Positions 11,801 through 19,853 of a stretch of 64,000 nucleotides of DNA are shown here, one piece after another. Position numbers and translations under genes: made by a program. The stretch's first letter is position 1. Each line of letters starts with the position of its first letter. Under the pieces are notes generated by a model. It was not told the DNA's origin, searched no databases, and saw nothing but the letters and a program-made list of their open reading frames with translations. This DNA comes from Bacteroidales bacterium (lineage in GTDB: Bacteria; Bacteroidota; Bacteroidia; Bacteroidales; UBA12077), in the NCBI GenBank assembly GCA_963665525.1, contig OY762280.1:3948084-4012083 (forward strand), given 5' to 3'.

Positions 11801-11951
11801 GCCTATGGCATTAAGTAAAGGAATGGGTCGCGAAATGTATTCTCCACTTGGGGTTACCATTATTGGAGGTTTATTGGTGTCAACAGTAATTACACTTATT
11901 TTAGTGCCAACCATTTACAGTATTTTTCATCAGTCAAAAGTTAAAAATTAA
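8856..11951 (+). CDS. RND efflux transporter permease (AcrB/HAE1-like)
   Basis: 1031 aa with a 12-TM architecture, two large periplasmic loops and conserved RND blocks (GMVVDNAIVVLENI, GIVVNNGIVLVDY). Confidence 0.95.
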   Translation: MKLPKISVNRPVATIMAFMAVLLFGLVSLQKLPLDIMPEMELPTLTIMTIYPGASANEVEEQVTKVLEEVLAGTEGLKDITSDSQENISFIALQFAWGTNITDAANDARDLMELVKRKLPDNSENPIIYKINSSLFPILVYGVTATENYYGINNIIKDEIAGPLKKVKGVGSVVYIGQPEREIKINIDPQKLSAYNMSIAQIANILKTENITIPGGNIKIGISDLAVKVPGKFESVEQIENIVLVNYQNYIIKLKDVAKVEDGYKEKDEWARSKNGLGVALLIQKQSGVNTLEVANAIRSKMEEIKQNLPSDMEAFEIINTDELIVQSIKNLTRTLWWALLFVIIVVFVFLREWKSSLIVFLTIPFSLIIAFVVMFIIGYTINIFSLMAIVIAIGMVVDNAIVVLENITQHIDKGSRPKQAAIFGSSEMGMAITASTATTLMVFIPMIFVGGVVGLLFKQLAIITSATMLASLITSLSLTPMASAQLLKTQKRSDKKSKTKIYQWTENIFVQLEKIYKESLNWAIHHKFIVLILAIFIFAGSLLIGKSMGSDYIPAFDAGDVYIVFETEVGTSAEETDRIAQKVMDIFREEVPEMVPGSLASITGQTEGGTLKSVGFSEGKNVSTVIAHLVLPDERERSAAEIGEVLRKRLGDIPEIDKFHVTAGSIISEAITGSIKPIEVEVSGTNYQEMNEFARDVYNNMINIQGLTDVQSTIDDGKLEVQIEINKDKASALALNTAMIALQVRQSIYGAEAGDYSEMGEDYKINIRYALQHRSQIENLENIMVTNLRGNQIPISAVATIKLGTGPLAINHKSQQRIVKVTANLEQISLGEAANKVQSFIDTMNIPDGIEVHLAGQISEQGESFSDLYTILIIGILLVYMVMAAQFESIKDPFIIMFAIPFTLVGIILAFWITGITLSVTTFIGVIMLMGIVVNNGIVLVDYTNLLRKRGYKLQEAVLEAGRSRMRPVLMTSFTTMLGMLPMALSKGMGREMYSPLGVTIIGGLLVSTVITLILVPTIYSIFHQSKVKN

Positions 11952-11955
11952 CACA

Positions 11956-12255
11956 ATGAAAATAGTATATCTGACATTTAATGTGAGTATTCGTGAACCT
12001 TTAATTAAAGTGCTTGAAGAAAATGCTGTAACAGATTTTCAGGTTATCGATCAGGTAATAGCAAAAAGTTCAAAAGGAGAGGCAAGATTTAATACTCCTG
12101 TTTGGCCGGGATATAATAATTCTATTTTTATGCAATTTATCGAAGATGACAAAGCCAGAGAGATTATTCAGAAAATTAAGGATTTTAATAAAAACATGAT
12201 CAATGAAAATGAACAAGTTACTGCCTGTTCGTGGACTTTGGATGATATATTTTAA
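11956..12255 (+). CDS. Small P-II-fold-like transporter-associated protein (PG0541-type, from memory)
   Basis: 99 aa. It starts 4 nt after the RND stop. The sequence pattern and position match the small accessory protein commonly found behind Bacteroidota RND pumps. Confidence 0.6.
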   Translation: MKIVYLTFNVSIREPLIKVLEENAVTDFQVIDQVIAKSSKGEARFNTPVWPGYNNSIFMQFIEDDKAREIIQKIKDFNKNMINENEQVTACSWTLDDIF

Positions 12256-12265
12256 TATAGATAAG

Positions 12266-12289
12266 AAACCCGGCATAAAGCCGGGTTTT
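12266..12289. terminator. Bidirectional terminator between convergent genes
   Basis: The stem aaacccggc / gccgggttt is perfect with a 5-nt loop. A/T runs flank both sides. Confidence 0.75.
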
Positions 12290-12298
12290 CTATAGTTA

Positions 12299-15166
12299 TT
12301 AATCGTTAAATAATTGTTTTTCTTTAATTTCAATTATTTTACCATATTTTTTTAATTCGTTAAGATCAATCCTCTTTTTATCTCCTACAATTGCAATAAC
12401 CATAGGCTTGTTTTTAAGATTCTTGTTGTTAAACTCCACAATGTCTTTAAAATTCAGATTCTCGTAGGTTTTAGCTTTAAATTTAGCAGGATCTACCTTA
12501 AAGCCTTTATTATCCCATTCTACAATTTTAGTACTTAAATTTCTAAAATTTGGTTTATCAATGATTGATGATTGTAATAAATAATCTTTTATCATCGGCA
12601 TTCTGTCTGCTTTTTCTGGCATCTCACGAACCAAAGTGTTAAATGTTTCTAAGGCAATGAGTGTTTTATCTGCTTGTGTACCAATATAACCAATAAAGTA
12701 ACTTTGATTGCCTTTGTTTTTTGGAGTTCTAATTCCTGCTCCAGCAGAATATGCTAATGATCGGTATTCTCTTATTTCCTGTAATACCAAACCTGAAAAT
12801 CCTCCCCCAAAATACATATTAAAAGCATCGATATATGCCTGTTGATCCGGATTGTATTGCTCCTGGTTAGTATAAAAATATATCTTACTTTGTAAAGCTT
12901 TTTTCTTATTTACAAGGTAAATAGTATTTTCAGAGTATTGATTTAGCTCAAGATCAAAAGGAGATTTAGATGTTTTATATTCTGATTTAAAATCAAGTTT
13001 TTCCTGAATAGTACTTAGTGCTTTTTGGGCGTCAATCTTACCAGTATAATGAATTTCTGTTTCAAATTCTGTTGCATTTATAAAAGCAGAAACTAATTGT
13101 TCCGTCGATAACTTTTTAATTTCTTTTAAGGTAAGGCGGTCAATGTATTCAGATTTATCACCATATTTAACATATTCAAAAAGAGCATCGGCAATACCAT
13201 CAGCATCTGACTTTTCCATTTTTCGATCACCTTTTGTATTATCAATGATATTAGCAAGTTTGTTTTCTTCTAAAACCGGCTCATTAATAAGTTCATTAAT
13301 TAATGCCAGGGCTTGTGGAAATGATTCTTCTACGCCTTCAATGCTTATTTCTGTATAATCATCATTTGAGTAAATAGAATAAGAACAAGCTATTTTGCTA
13401 AACTCACGTTTAAGTTCTTTGGTAGTTTTTGTCTTGGTACCTGCATAATTCATAATATCTCCTGCATATCTCATTAGTGGAATTTCTGTTTCTCCTGCAC
13501 CAAATTTAATTTCTAATGAGAAGATATCATTTACTGGATTTTTAGTATAATAAAAATGTACATTTTCTTGCAGATTTTTAGAGATTACATCTTTATGAAT
13601 ATCAATGTAGTTAGGCTCGGTTTTTGTTGCTGGTAAAGACTCAAGGTATTTGGCAAACTCCGATTTGGCATTTGTGTTGGAAACAACAGCTTCGTATTCG
13701 GGTTTATCAATTTTTTCCGGTTTAGAGAATCCCATTTTAGAATAGAAAGCTAAAAAGTCGTTACCATAATATTGGTTTGCTACACGAATAACATCTTCTT
13801 TTGTCACTGATTTTATTTTTTCGGGATAACTAAAAACTTCTTCAACAGAAACTCCCCTAATAAATGCTTCCGAAATCAGGTAAGATCTTCCTTCTGGTTC
13901 TTCAACAGATAATTGATGTTCGGTATATAGATCTTTTTTAGAAGCTTCAACAAGCCAATCTTCAAATTCACCTTTTTTTAATTTATTAACTTTTTCAAGC
14001 ACCAATTCTTCTGCTGATTCTAACTTCTGACCAATAATTTTAGGCACAAAAAAGATGATGGTCGCTCCATGATCCTGATAAGGTAATGGAATTACACCGG
14101 CATACATAATTTTATTGTCGATACTTAATTCGTCTAATAATCCTGACTGATTATAGTTGGATAATATGTTATTTGCAATATCTAAGGCTTCTTTGTCTGG
14201 ATGCCCTGCTGTAACTGTTCTAAATCCTAATAAACCCAGCTTTACCGGACTAAGTTTTGCTTCTACAAATTCACGACCATGAAAGGCTTCTTCTTCCCAA
14301 ATTTTTGGTTCGGGCACTTTACCATTTTCTAGTTTACCAAATGTTCTTTCAATGATAGGTTTTGCTATTGTAGGATCAAAATTTCCAGAAAGTACTAAGG
14401 CCATATTGTTAGCAACATAATAGGTTTTAAAAAATTCATACATTTTAGTTAATGACGGATTTTTTAAATCATCAATAGTACCTATGGTCGTTTGTTGTCC
14501 ATATGGATGATTCTTAAAAAAGCTTTTTTGAAATTGCTCTAATAAGTTCGACATAAACATATCAGAATACATATTCTTTTCTTCGTAAACAACTTCAAGT
14601 TCAGATTGGAATCCTCTGAAAACAGGTTCTTTAAGCCTATGTGCATAAAGTTCTAACCATTTTTCAAGTTGATTTGGAGGAAATGAATTATAATATACCG
14701 TTTCATCAGCTCCTGTACCTGCATTAATATTTTTACTACCCATGCTATTAAGTACATTACTAAACTCATTTGGGATAGCATATTGATTAGCTTTAACAGA
14801 TTCTTCGTTAATTTGTTTTTGAATCGATTTACGTTCTTCTTCGTTTTCTGTTTGTCCTAGTTTATCATATAACTCAAAGATCTTATCAATATGTATTTTT
14901 TCTTTTCCCCAATCTGTAGTTCCTAATTGAGTAGTTCCTTTAAAGAGCATATGTTCCTGGTAGTGTGCCATTCCTGTTGCATCGGCAGCGTCGTTTTTTG
15001 AGCCTGCTCGTGTTATGGTCATTCCAAAAACTTCTGATGCTGTTGGATCCTGATTTAAGTATACAGTTAATCCATTTTGTAGTTTGTATACTTCAATATT
15101 TTGGCCATTCGTATTTATAAAGAATGCCAAGCAAAGATTAATAAGTAAGAGATGTTTTAATTTCAT
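12299..15166 (-). CDS. M16-family zinc peptidase (insulinase/pitrilysin-like, double-module)
   Basis: 955 aa with a signal peptide, the inverted zinc motif HxxEH (AHYQEHMLFKG) and a duplicated M16 module length. Confidence 0.9.
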   Translation of the reverse strand: MKLKHLLLINLCLAFFINTNGQNIEVYKLQNGLTVYLNQDPTASEVFGMTITRAGSKNDAADATGMAHYQEHMLFKGTTQLGTTDWGKEKIHIDKIFELYDKLGQTENEEERKSIQKQINEESVKANQYAIPNEFSNVLNSMGSKNINAGTGADETVYYNSFPPNQLEKWLELYAHRLKEPVFRGFQSELEVVYEEKNMYSDMFMSNLLEQFQKSFFKNHPYGQQTTIGTIDDLKNPSLTKMYEFFKTYYVANNMALVLSGNFDPTIAKPIIERTFGKLENGKVPEPKIWEEEAFHGREFVEAKLSPVKLGLLGFRTVTAGHPDKEALDIANNILSNYNQSGLLDELSIDNKIMYAGVIPLPYQDHGATIIFFVPKIIGQKLESAEELVLEKVNKLKKGEFEDWLVEASKKDLYTEHQLSVEEPEGRSYLISEAFIRGVSVEEVFSYPEKIKSVTKEDVIRVANQYYGNDFLAFYSKMGFSKPEKIDKPEYEAVVSNTNAKSEFAKYLESLPATKTEPNYIDIHKDVISKNLQENVHFYYTKNPVNDIFSLEIKFGAGETEIPLMRYAGDIMNYAGTKTKTTKELKREFSKIACSYSIYSNDDYTEISIEGVEESFPQALALINELINEPVLEENKLANIIDNTKGDRKMEKSDADGIADALFEYVKYGDKSEYIDRLTLKEIKKLSTEQLVSAFINATEFETEIHYTGKIDAQKALSTIQEKLDFKSEYKTSKSPFDLELNQYSENTIYLVNKKKALQSKIYFYTNQEQYNPDQQAYIDAFNMYFGGGFSGLVLQEIREYRSLAYSAGAGIRTPKNKGNQSYFIGYIGTQADKTLIALETFNTLVREMPEKADRMPMIKDYLLQSSIIDKPNFRNLSTKIVEWDNKGFKVDPAKFKAKTYENLNFKDIVEFNNKNLKNKPMVIAIVGDKKRIDLNELKKYGKIIEIKEKQLFND

Positions 15167-15332
15167 AATGGTAATTTATTATTTAGTAACAATACTACAA
15201 TATTTAACTTTATAAAGCTACAAATATTTATTGTTTTTCGATAAAACATAAAATCAAAATGCCTAAATTAAATTATAACAATTATTATAAAATTAGTATC
15301 TTGGCAAATACTAAAAACTAAAAATTTGTATT

Positions 15333-15800
15333 ATGAAAATTAGATTATTCATTATTTCTCTGCTATTAGGTATTTTTTTTATTCCAGATTTAATAGCTCA
15401 AGATGCCGATAAAGTCTTAGGTTATTGGTTAACCCAGTATGAGGACTCGCAGGTTAAAATCTTCAAAACAAAAGATGGTAAATATTATGGAAATGTCAAG
15501 TGGCTCGAAAAACCAAATAATGATGATGGAACACCTAGACTTGATAAAGAAAATGAAGATGAGAAATTAAGGAGCCGTACAATACTTGGCTTGCAAATAT
15601 TAAAGTCGTTTGAATACGATGCAGATGATAAAGAATGGGTCGATGGTACCATTTATGATCCTAAAAATGGAAAAACATATAAATGTTTTATGTGGTTTGA
15701 AGATGGCGATGATCAAACACTACATGTAAAAGGTTTTATTGGATTTTCTTTGTTAGGAAGAGAGGTTGAATGGACCAGGGAAGAAAGTTTAAGAGAGTAA
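15333..15800 (+). CDS. DUF2147-domain secreted protein
   Basis: It has a signal peptide and the characteristic blocks GYW...QVKIFK..GKYYG and DGTIYDPKNGKTYKC. Confidence 0.8.
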   Translation: MKIRLFIISLLLGIFFIPDLIAQDADKVLGYWLTQYEDSQVKIFKTKDGKYYGNVKWLEKPNNDDGTPRLDKENEDEKLRSRTILGLQILKSFEYDADDKEWVDGTIYDPKNGKTYKCFMWFEDGDDQTLHVKGFIGFSLLGREVEWTREESLRE

Positions 15801-15844
15801 TTGAAATAAACATACTTATAAATAGACTTATCATAAGTCTTAGT

Positions 15845-15891
15845 TGTCATCCCCAACTTGCTCCGATGAATATCGGGAGGGGATTTTTTTA
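15845..15891 (+). terminator. Compound hairpin plus T-run (terminator; head resembles the REP-like motif at 37985)
   Basis: In tgtcATCCCCaacttgCTCCGATgaatATCGGGAGGGGATtttttt, the outer stem is atcccc/ggggat and the inner stem is ctccgat/atcgg(g)ag, followed by a run of T. The listed ORF start at 15844 lies inside this structure. Confidence 0.55.
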
Positions 15892-15900
15892 TTTCAACGT

Positions 15901-16551
15901 ATGAGTAAAGAACAAATTATACAACAAACAATAGGATTTGTAAAAAATAAATTGGATGGTGATAGCTCGGGTCACGATTGGTGGCATATTAGCCGGGTAT
16001 GGAATTTATCCAAGCAAATTCAAAAAGAAGAAGGGGGTGATTTATTCATAATTGAAATGGCTGCATTATTACACGATGTGGCAGATTGGAAGTTTTATAA
16101 AAACGAAGATGAAGGTTTAAGAGTAATTGTTGATTGGTTAAAAGAAATGAAAATTGAGAAGGTTTATAGCGAGTATATTATTGACATCATTCAAAATGTA
16201 TCGTTTAAAGGTGCTGGTGTGGATGATTGTATGAATAGTTTAGAGGGAAAGATTGTTCAAGATGCAGATCGATTGGATGCGATAGGAGCAATAGGTGTGG
16301 GTAGAGCATTTGCATTTGGAGGTAAGTTTCAAAGAGAAATGCATAATCCAAATCAGGAAAAACGGATGCATAAGAATTTTGAAGAATATAAATCTGCAAA
16401 GGGAACAACCATTAATCATTTTTATGAAAAATTACTTCTGTTAAAAGATCGTCTGAATACACAAACAGCAAAAGAAATTGCAGAAAAACGTCATGCATTT
16501 ATGGAAACTTTCTTAAAACAATTCTACAATGAGTGGAATAATCTAAAATAG
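15901..16551 (+). CDS. HD-domain phosphohydrolase
   Basis: It has the HD motif (LLHDVADWK) and a metal-binding H (DWWHISRV). I moved the start to the ATG at 15901, because the upstream extension overlaps a terminator hairpin. Confidence 0.85.
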   Translation: MSKEQIIQQTIGFVKNKLDGDSSGHDWWHISRVWNLSKQIQKEEGGDLFIIEMAALLHDVADWKFYKNEDEGLRVIVDWLKEMKIEKVYSEYIIDIIQNVSFKGAGVDDCMNSLEGKIVQDADRLDAIGAIGVGRAFAFGGKFQREMHNPNQEKRMHKNFEEYKSAKGTTINHFYEKLLLLKDRLNTQTAKEIAEKRHAFMETFLKQFYNEWNNLK

Positions 16552-16578
16552 TATGCTTAACTTAGAGTTAAGAATTTC

Positions 16579-17277
16579 ATGAAAATGAGAAGATTAACTC
16601 CGTATTTCAACGATTTTTTCAACTTATTCTTTCCTGATCTTTGTGTTGTTTGTAATACACATCTTATCAGTCAGGAAGATTTAATTTGTACCAGGTGTTT
16701 ATATAATTTACCAAAAACAAATTACCATAAAGAAGTTAACAACCCCGTATCACAATTATTCTGGGGAAGAACAAGTATTGAGTTTGCTACGGCATATTTT
16801 ACTTTTAAAAAAGGAAGCAAATACCAGCATATGATGCATAAGTTTAAATATCACGGCAAGAAGGAAATTGGGTATGTGTTGGGAAAATCTTTTGGGAATC
16901 AATTACGAAATAGCAATTTTGAAAAAATAGATATCATCATTCCTGTACCTTTACATAAAAGTAAATTAAAGAAACGAGGATATAACCAAAGTGAATGGAT
17001 AGGAAAAGGTTTATCAGAAACTTTGAATAAACCTTTAGATACAACATCATTTATTCGTTCTATAGCTACTGAAACACAAACCCGCAAATCGAGATTTGAA
17101 CGATGGAAGAATGTTGAGAATATTTTTAAGATTACGGATAAGAATGCAATTCAGGGAAAACATATTTTATTGGTAGATGATGTGGTTACAACAGGTTCAA
17201 CACTTGAGGCTTGTGCAAATATTTTACTCGAAATGGAAGGAACGATAGTGAGTATAGCAACATTGGCAGTTGCTTAA
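16579..17277 (+). CDS. ComF-family phosphoribosyltransferase-domain protein
   Basis: It has an N-terminal double Cys pair (CVVC...CTRC) and a C-terminal PRTase motif (ILLVDDVVTTGSTL). Confidence 0.85.
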   Translation: MKMRRLTPYFNDFFNLFFPDLCVVCNTHLISQEDLICTRCLYNLPKTNYHKEVNNPVSQLFWGRTSIEFATAYFTFKKGSKYQHMMHKFKYHGKKEIGYVLGKSFGNQLRNSNFEKIDIIIPVPLHKSKLKKRGYNQSEWIGKGLSETLNKPLDTTSFIRSIATETQTRKSRFERWKNVENIFKITDKNAIQGKHILLVDDVVTTGSTLEACANILLEMEGTIVSIATLAVA

Positions 17278-17309
17278 AGAGGATACTATTTTATTATGCG
17301 AGCAATTAA

Positions 17310-17876
17310 CTAAATACCTCCCCAACGTTTAGTATCAATATTAAAATCGGCTAAATCTAGCACCCTGTTTATAACAGTTAAAACAGTTTCATGAATATTC
17401 TGAGGTCGAGAGTAAAACGATGGACTGGCAGGACAAATGATTCCACCTGCAAGTGTGATTGTTTCCATATTTTGAATATGAATTAAATTATATGGAAGTT
17501 CTCGAGGGACAAGTATCAATTTTTGTTTTTCTTTTAAAATAACATCTGCTGCCCTTGTAATTAGATCGTCTGAAATTCCGTGAGCAATTCTACCAACAGT
17601 TCCCATAGAGCATGGGCAAATTATCATGGTATTAAACTGTGCTGATCCAGAAGCAAAGGGAGCATAAAAATCGTTGATAGCATAGAATTTAAAAGGATAA
17701 TTTTTATATGAATCGTTTTCAAGTTCATATTCCCAAATTTCTCTGGCATTTTTAGAGAATACTAATCCAACTTCATCAATTTGATCTTTAATTTGAATTA
17801 AAGAATCAAGTAATAACTTCGCATATATTGATCCGCTTGCTCCACTTACAGCAACGATTAGTTTATGTTTTTTCAT
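17310..17876 (-). CDS. ubiX: Flavin prenyltransferase UbiX
   Basis: 188 aa with a flavoprotein fold and the motifs VAVSGASGSIY, MIICPCSMGTVGRIAHG and LILVPRE. Confidence 0.9.
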   Translation of the reverse strand: MKKHKLIVAVSGASGSIYAKLLLDSLIQIKDQIDEVGLVFSKNAREIWEYELENDSYKNYPFKFYAINDFYAPFASGSAQFNTMIICPCSMGTVGRIAHGISDDLITRAADVILKEKQKLILVPRELPYNLIHIQNMETITLAGGIICPASPSFYSRPQNIHETVLTVINRVLDLADFNIDTKRWGGI

Positions 17877-17881
17877 TGATT

Positions 17882-18493
17882 TTATTTTTTACCAAAGCTG
17901 GCAATTTCATAATAAACAGCAAATGTTAACACATTGTTGTATTGTCCACGGTTTAAAAAATAAGTTTGATCTCCTGGATGATCTCTAACCGGTAATATAG
18001 AGTAGTTAAAACGCACATTGATAAAAAGCTTGTCTATAATTTGATATTCAACTCCAGCTAATCCGGAGAGTTCAAACTCATCAAATGGAGGATCAGCAGG
18101 TTCATCTCCTGCCTCATTTTTATTTTCTGTTGATTTTTGTAGATAACCGGCAGCTAATCCAACATTAGCTGAAAATCTGTTTAAAAAATGGTATTTTAAA
18201 AATATGGGGATTTCAATATAATTTAACTTAGATTGGTAAAATGTACCTTGATCGTCATCATTTGATTTACTGCCCTTTTGAACGTACTTTAGCTCCAATT
18301 GTGCATCAATGTATTTATTTAGTTTTGCATTGGTATAAATCCCAAAAGCCAAACCTGCTTTACTATATCCTCCCCAGTTATCACCATCGAGTTGCGAAGC
18401 CGATAATCCGGCAAATACTCCTCCACCAAAAGTTTGAGAAAAACTATAATTGTTGATAACTAATAAAATAAGTATAATGATTATTTTTTTCAT
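17882..18493 (-). CDS. Small outer-membrane beta-barrel (porin-family) protein
   Basis: It has a signal peptide, an alternating amphipathic beta-strand pattern and an aromatic-rich C-terminal strand. Confidence 0.7.
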   Translation of the reverse strand: MKKIIIILILLVINNYSFSQTFGGGVFAGLSASQLDGDNWGGYSKAGLAFGIYTNAKLNKYIDAQLELKYVQKGSKSNDDDQGTFYQSKLNYIEIPIFLKYHFLNRFSANVGLAAGYLQKSTENKNEAGDEPADPPFDEFELSGLAGVEYQIIDKLFINVRFNYSILPVRDHPGDQTYFLNRGQYNNVLTFAVYYEIASFGKK

Positions 18494-18646
18494 ATCTTTA
18501 ATAGTTAACTAGGAGCTAAAATACATAAAAAGAAGAAAGGCCTCTTAAATAAATTAAGGTTTATTAGCAAACTTTAACATTTAAGGTCCGTATAGTAAGG
18601 TATAGTTTTTGTTTATTTGTATTAGTAACAACAAACACCCCTTGGC

Positions 18647-19012
18647 ATGAGAAAGATTTTACTTTTAATACTAGTTACTTTTACTATTGGAACCTCATCT
18701 GTAAGATCAGAAAATTCTGAACAGATTCAACCCGATTCTTCGATTATTAATATTCAAGAGATACAAAAATTGAAATTGTATCCCAATCCAGCATCAACAT
18801 ATTTATTTATTGATTATGATGTTCTTTTTGTAAAAGAGGCAAAACTTCAAATTTATAATTCAATTGGAGCTGTTGTTTATACTAAGAAACTGGAAGAAAA
18901 GAAAGGTAATATAAAAGTGTCCGTTTCTGATTTTAAGAACGGACTGTATTTCTGTTCGCTTCAAATTGACGGAAAGCTATTAAATACTCGTAAGATATTA
19001 ATTAATCATTAA
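18647..19012 (+). CDS. Small secreted protein consisting mainly of a T9SS C-terminal sorting domain
   Basis: It has a signal peptide followed by LKLYPNPASTYLFIDY...GLYFCSLQIDGKLLNTRKILI, the typical Por-secretion tail. Confidence 0.7.
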   Translation: MRKILLLILVTFTIGTSSVRSENSEQIQPDSSIINIQEIQKLKLYPNPASTYLFIDYDVLFVKEAKLQIYNSIGAVVYTKKLEEKKGNIKVSVSDFKNGLYFCSLQIDGKLLNTRKILINH

Positions 19013-19697
19013 GATAATCACTTTTTAAGATATCAATAAGCTGGCGAACTCCAACGCTGGCTTTTTCTTTTATAAAATGTACATTTTTATTTGAAGTATA
19101 AACATCGTTAGGATCAATAAGAAATATGGGAATTCCAGATGGAGCATAATCAATTAACCCGGCGGCAGGATATACATTCAGTGAAGTTCCTACTACAATA
19201 AATATATCAGCTGTTTGACTAATGCTTGCAGCTTCAGAGATGGCAGGGACAGCTTCTCCAAACCAAACTATATGAGGACGTAGCTGAGAACCTTTCTCAC
19301 AAGTATCGCCTAATTTTAGTTCCCAATCCTTTAATTCATAAATTAAATCCGGATCGATAGTGCTTCGTGCTTTTTTTAATTCACCATGTAAGTGCAAAAC
19401 ATTGGTGCTTCCGGCACGTTCGTGTAAGTCATCCACATTTTGGGTTATGATTTGCACTGTAAAATAGTTTTCTAACTCAACTAATCCTTTGTGTCCTTCA
19501 TTAGGAGATGCCTCAAATAGTTTTCTACGACGCTCGTTATAAAAACGCATAACCAATTCAGGATTAGAATCCCAGGCTTGAGGACTTGCAACTTCCATAA
19601 CATCATATTCTTCCCAAAGACCACCCATTTCACGAAATGTTTTAATGCCACTTTCGGCACTTATTCCTGCTCCGGTTAATACTACGATTTTTTTCAT
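19002..19697 (-). CDS. cobB: NAD-dependent protein deacylase (Sir2 family)
   Basis: It has the motifs GAGISAESGIKTFR, QNVDDLHERAG and HG.., plus the C-terminal Rossmann part. I chose the ATG at 19697 rather than the TTG at 19718. Confidence 0.9.
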   Translation of the reverse strand: MKKIVVLTGAGISAESGIKTFREMGGLWEEYDVMEVASPQAWDSNPELVMRFYNERRRKLFEASPNEGHKGLVELENYFTVQIITQNVDDLHERAGSTNVLHLHGELKKARSTIDPDLIYELKDWELKLGDTCEKGSQLRPHIVWFGEAVPAISEAASISQTADIFIVVGTSLNVYPAAGLIDYAPSGIPIFLIDPNDVYTSNKNVHFIKEKASVGVRQLIDILKSDYLND

Positions 19698-19853
19698 TAG
19701 ATAAATTTTAGAGTCCAAATTACTTATTATTAGTGTAATTTGAAAGAAGTTCGTTTTTTAAATCCGTATTCAAAAAATCACATTTTTATTTTTAGTATTT
19801 TAGCCAATGCTCTTAGCTTTTTTAAAGGTGCTGGAATACTGTATAATAGATTT

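Noticed and set aside
8813-11914. A series of 63-98-aa minus-strand ORFs within the RND adaptor and permease genes. The same kind of ORF occurs inside rnr (4206-4439, 4908-5129), the FtsX gene (776-1160), the kinase gene (23900-24718) and the M28 and AsmA genes.
   Set aside because: All are nested in or antisense to long CDS with clear family motifs. They have no independent support.
15844-15900. N-terminal extensions offered by the ORF track, here and at 19740, 19718, 28030, 36120, 51891, 56137, 56350, 58055 and 61488.
   Set aside because: The extensions use TTG or other non-ATG starts, or they overlap upstream genes or terminator hairpins. Internal ATGs give proper signal peptides or lipoboxes, or conserved N-termini, so I used the shorter starts.
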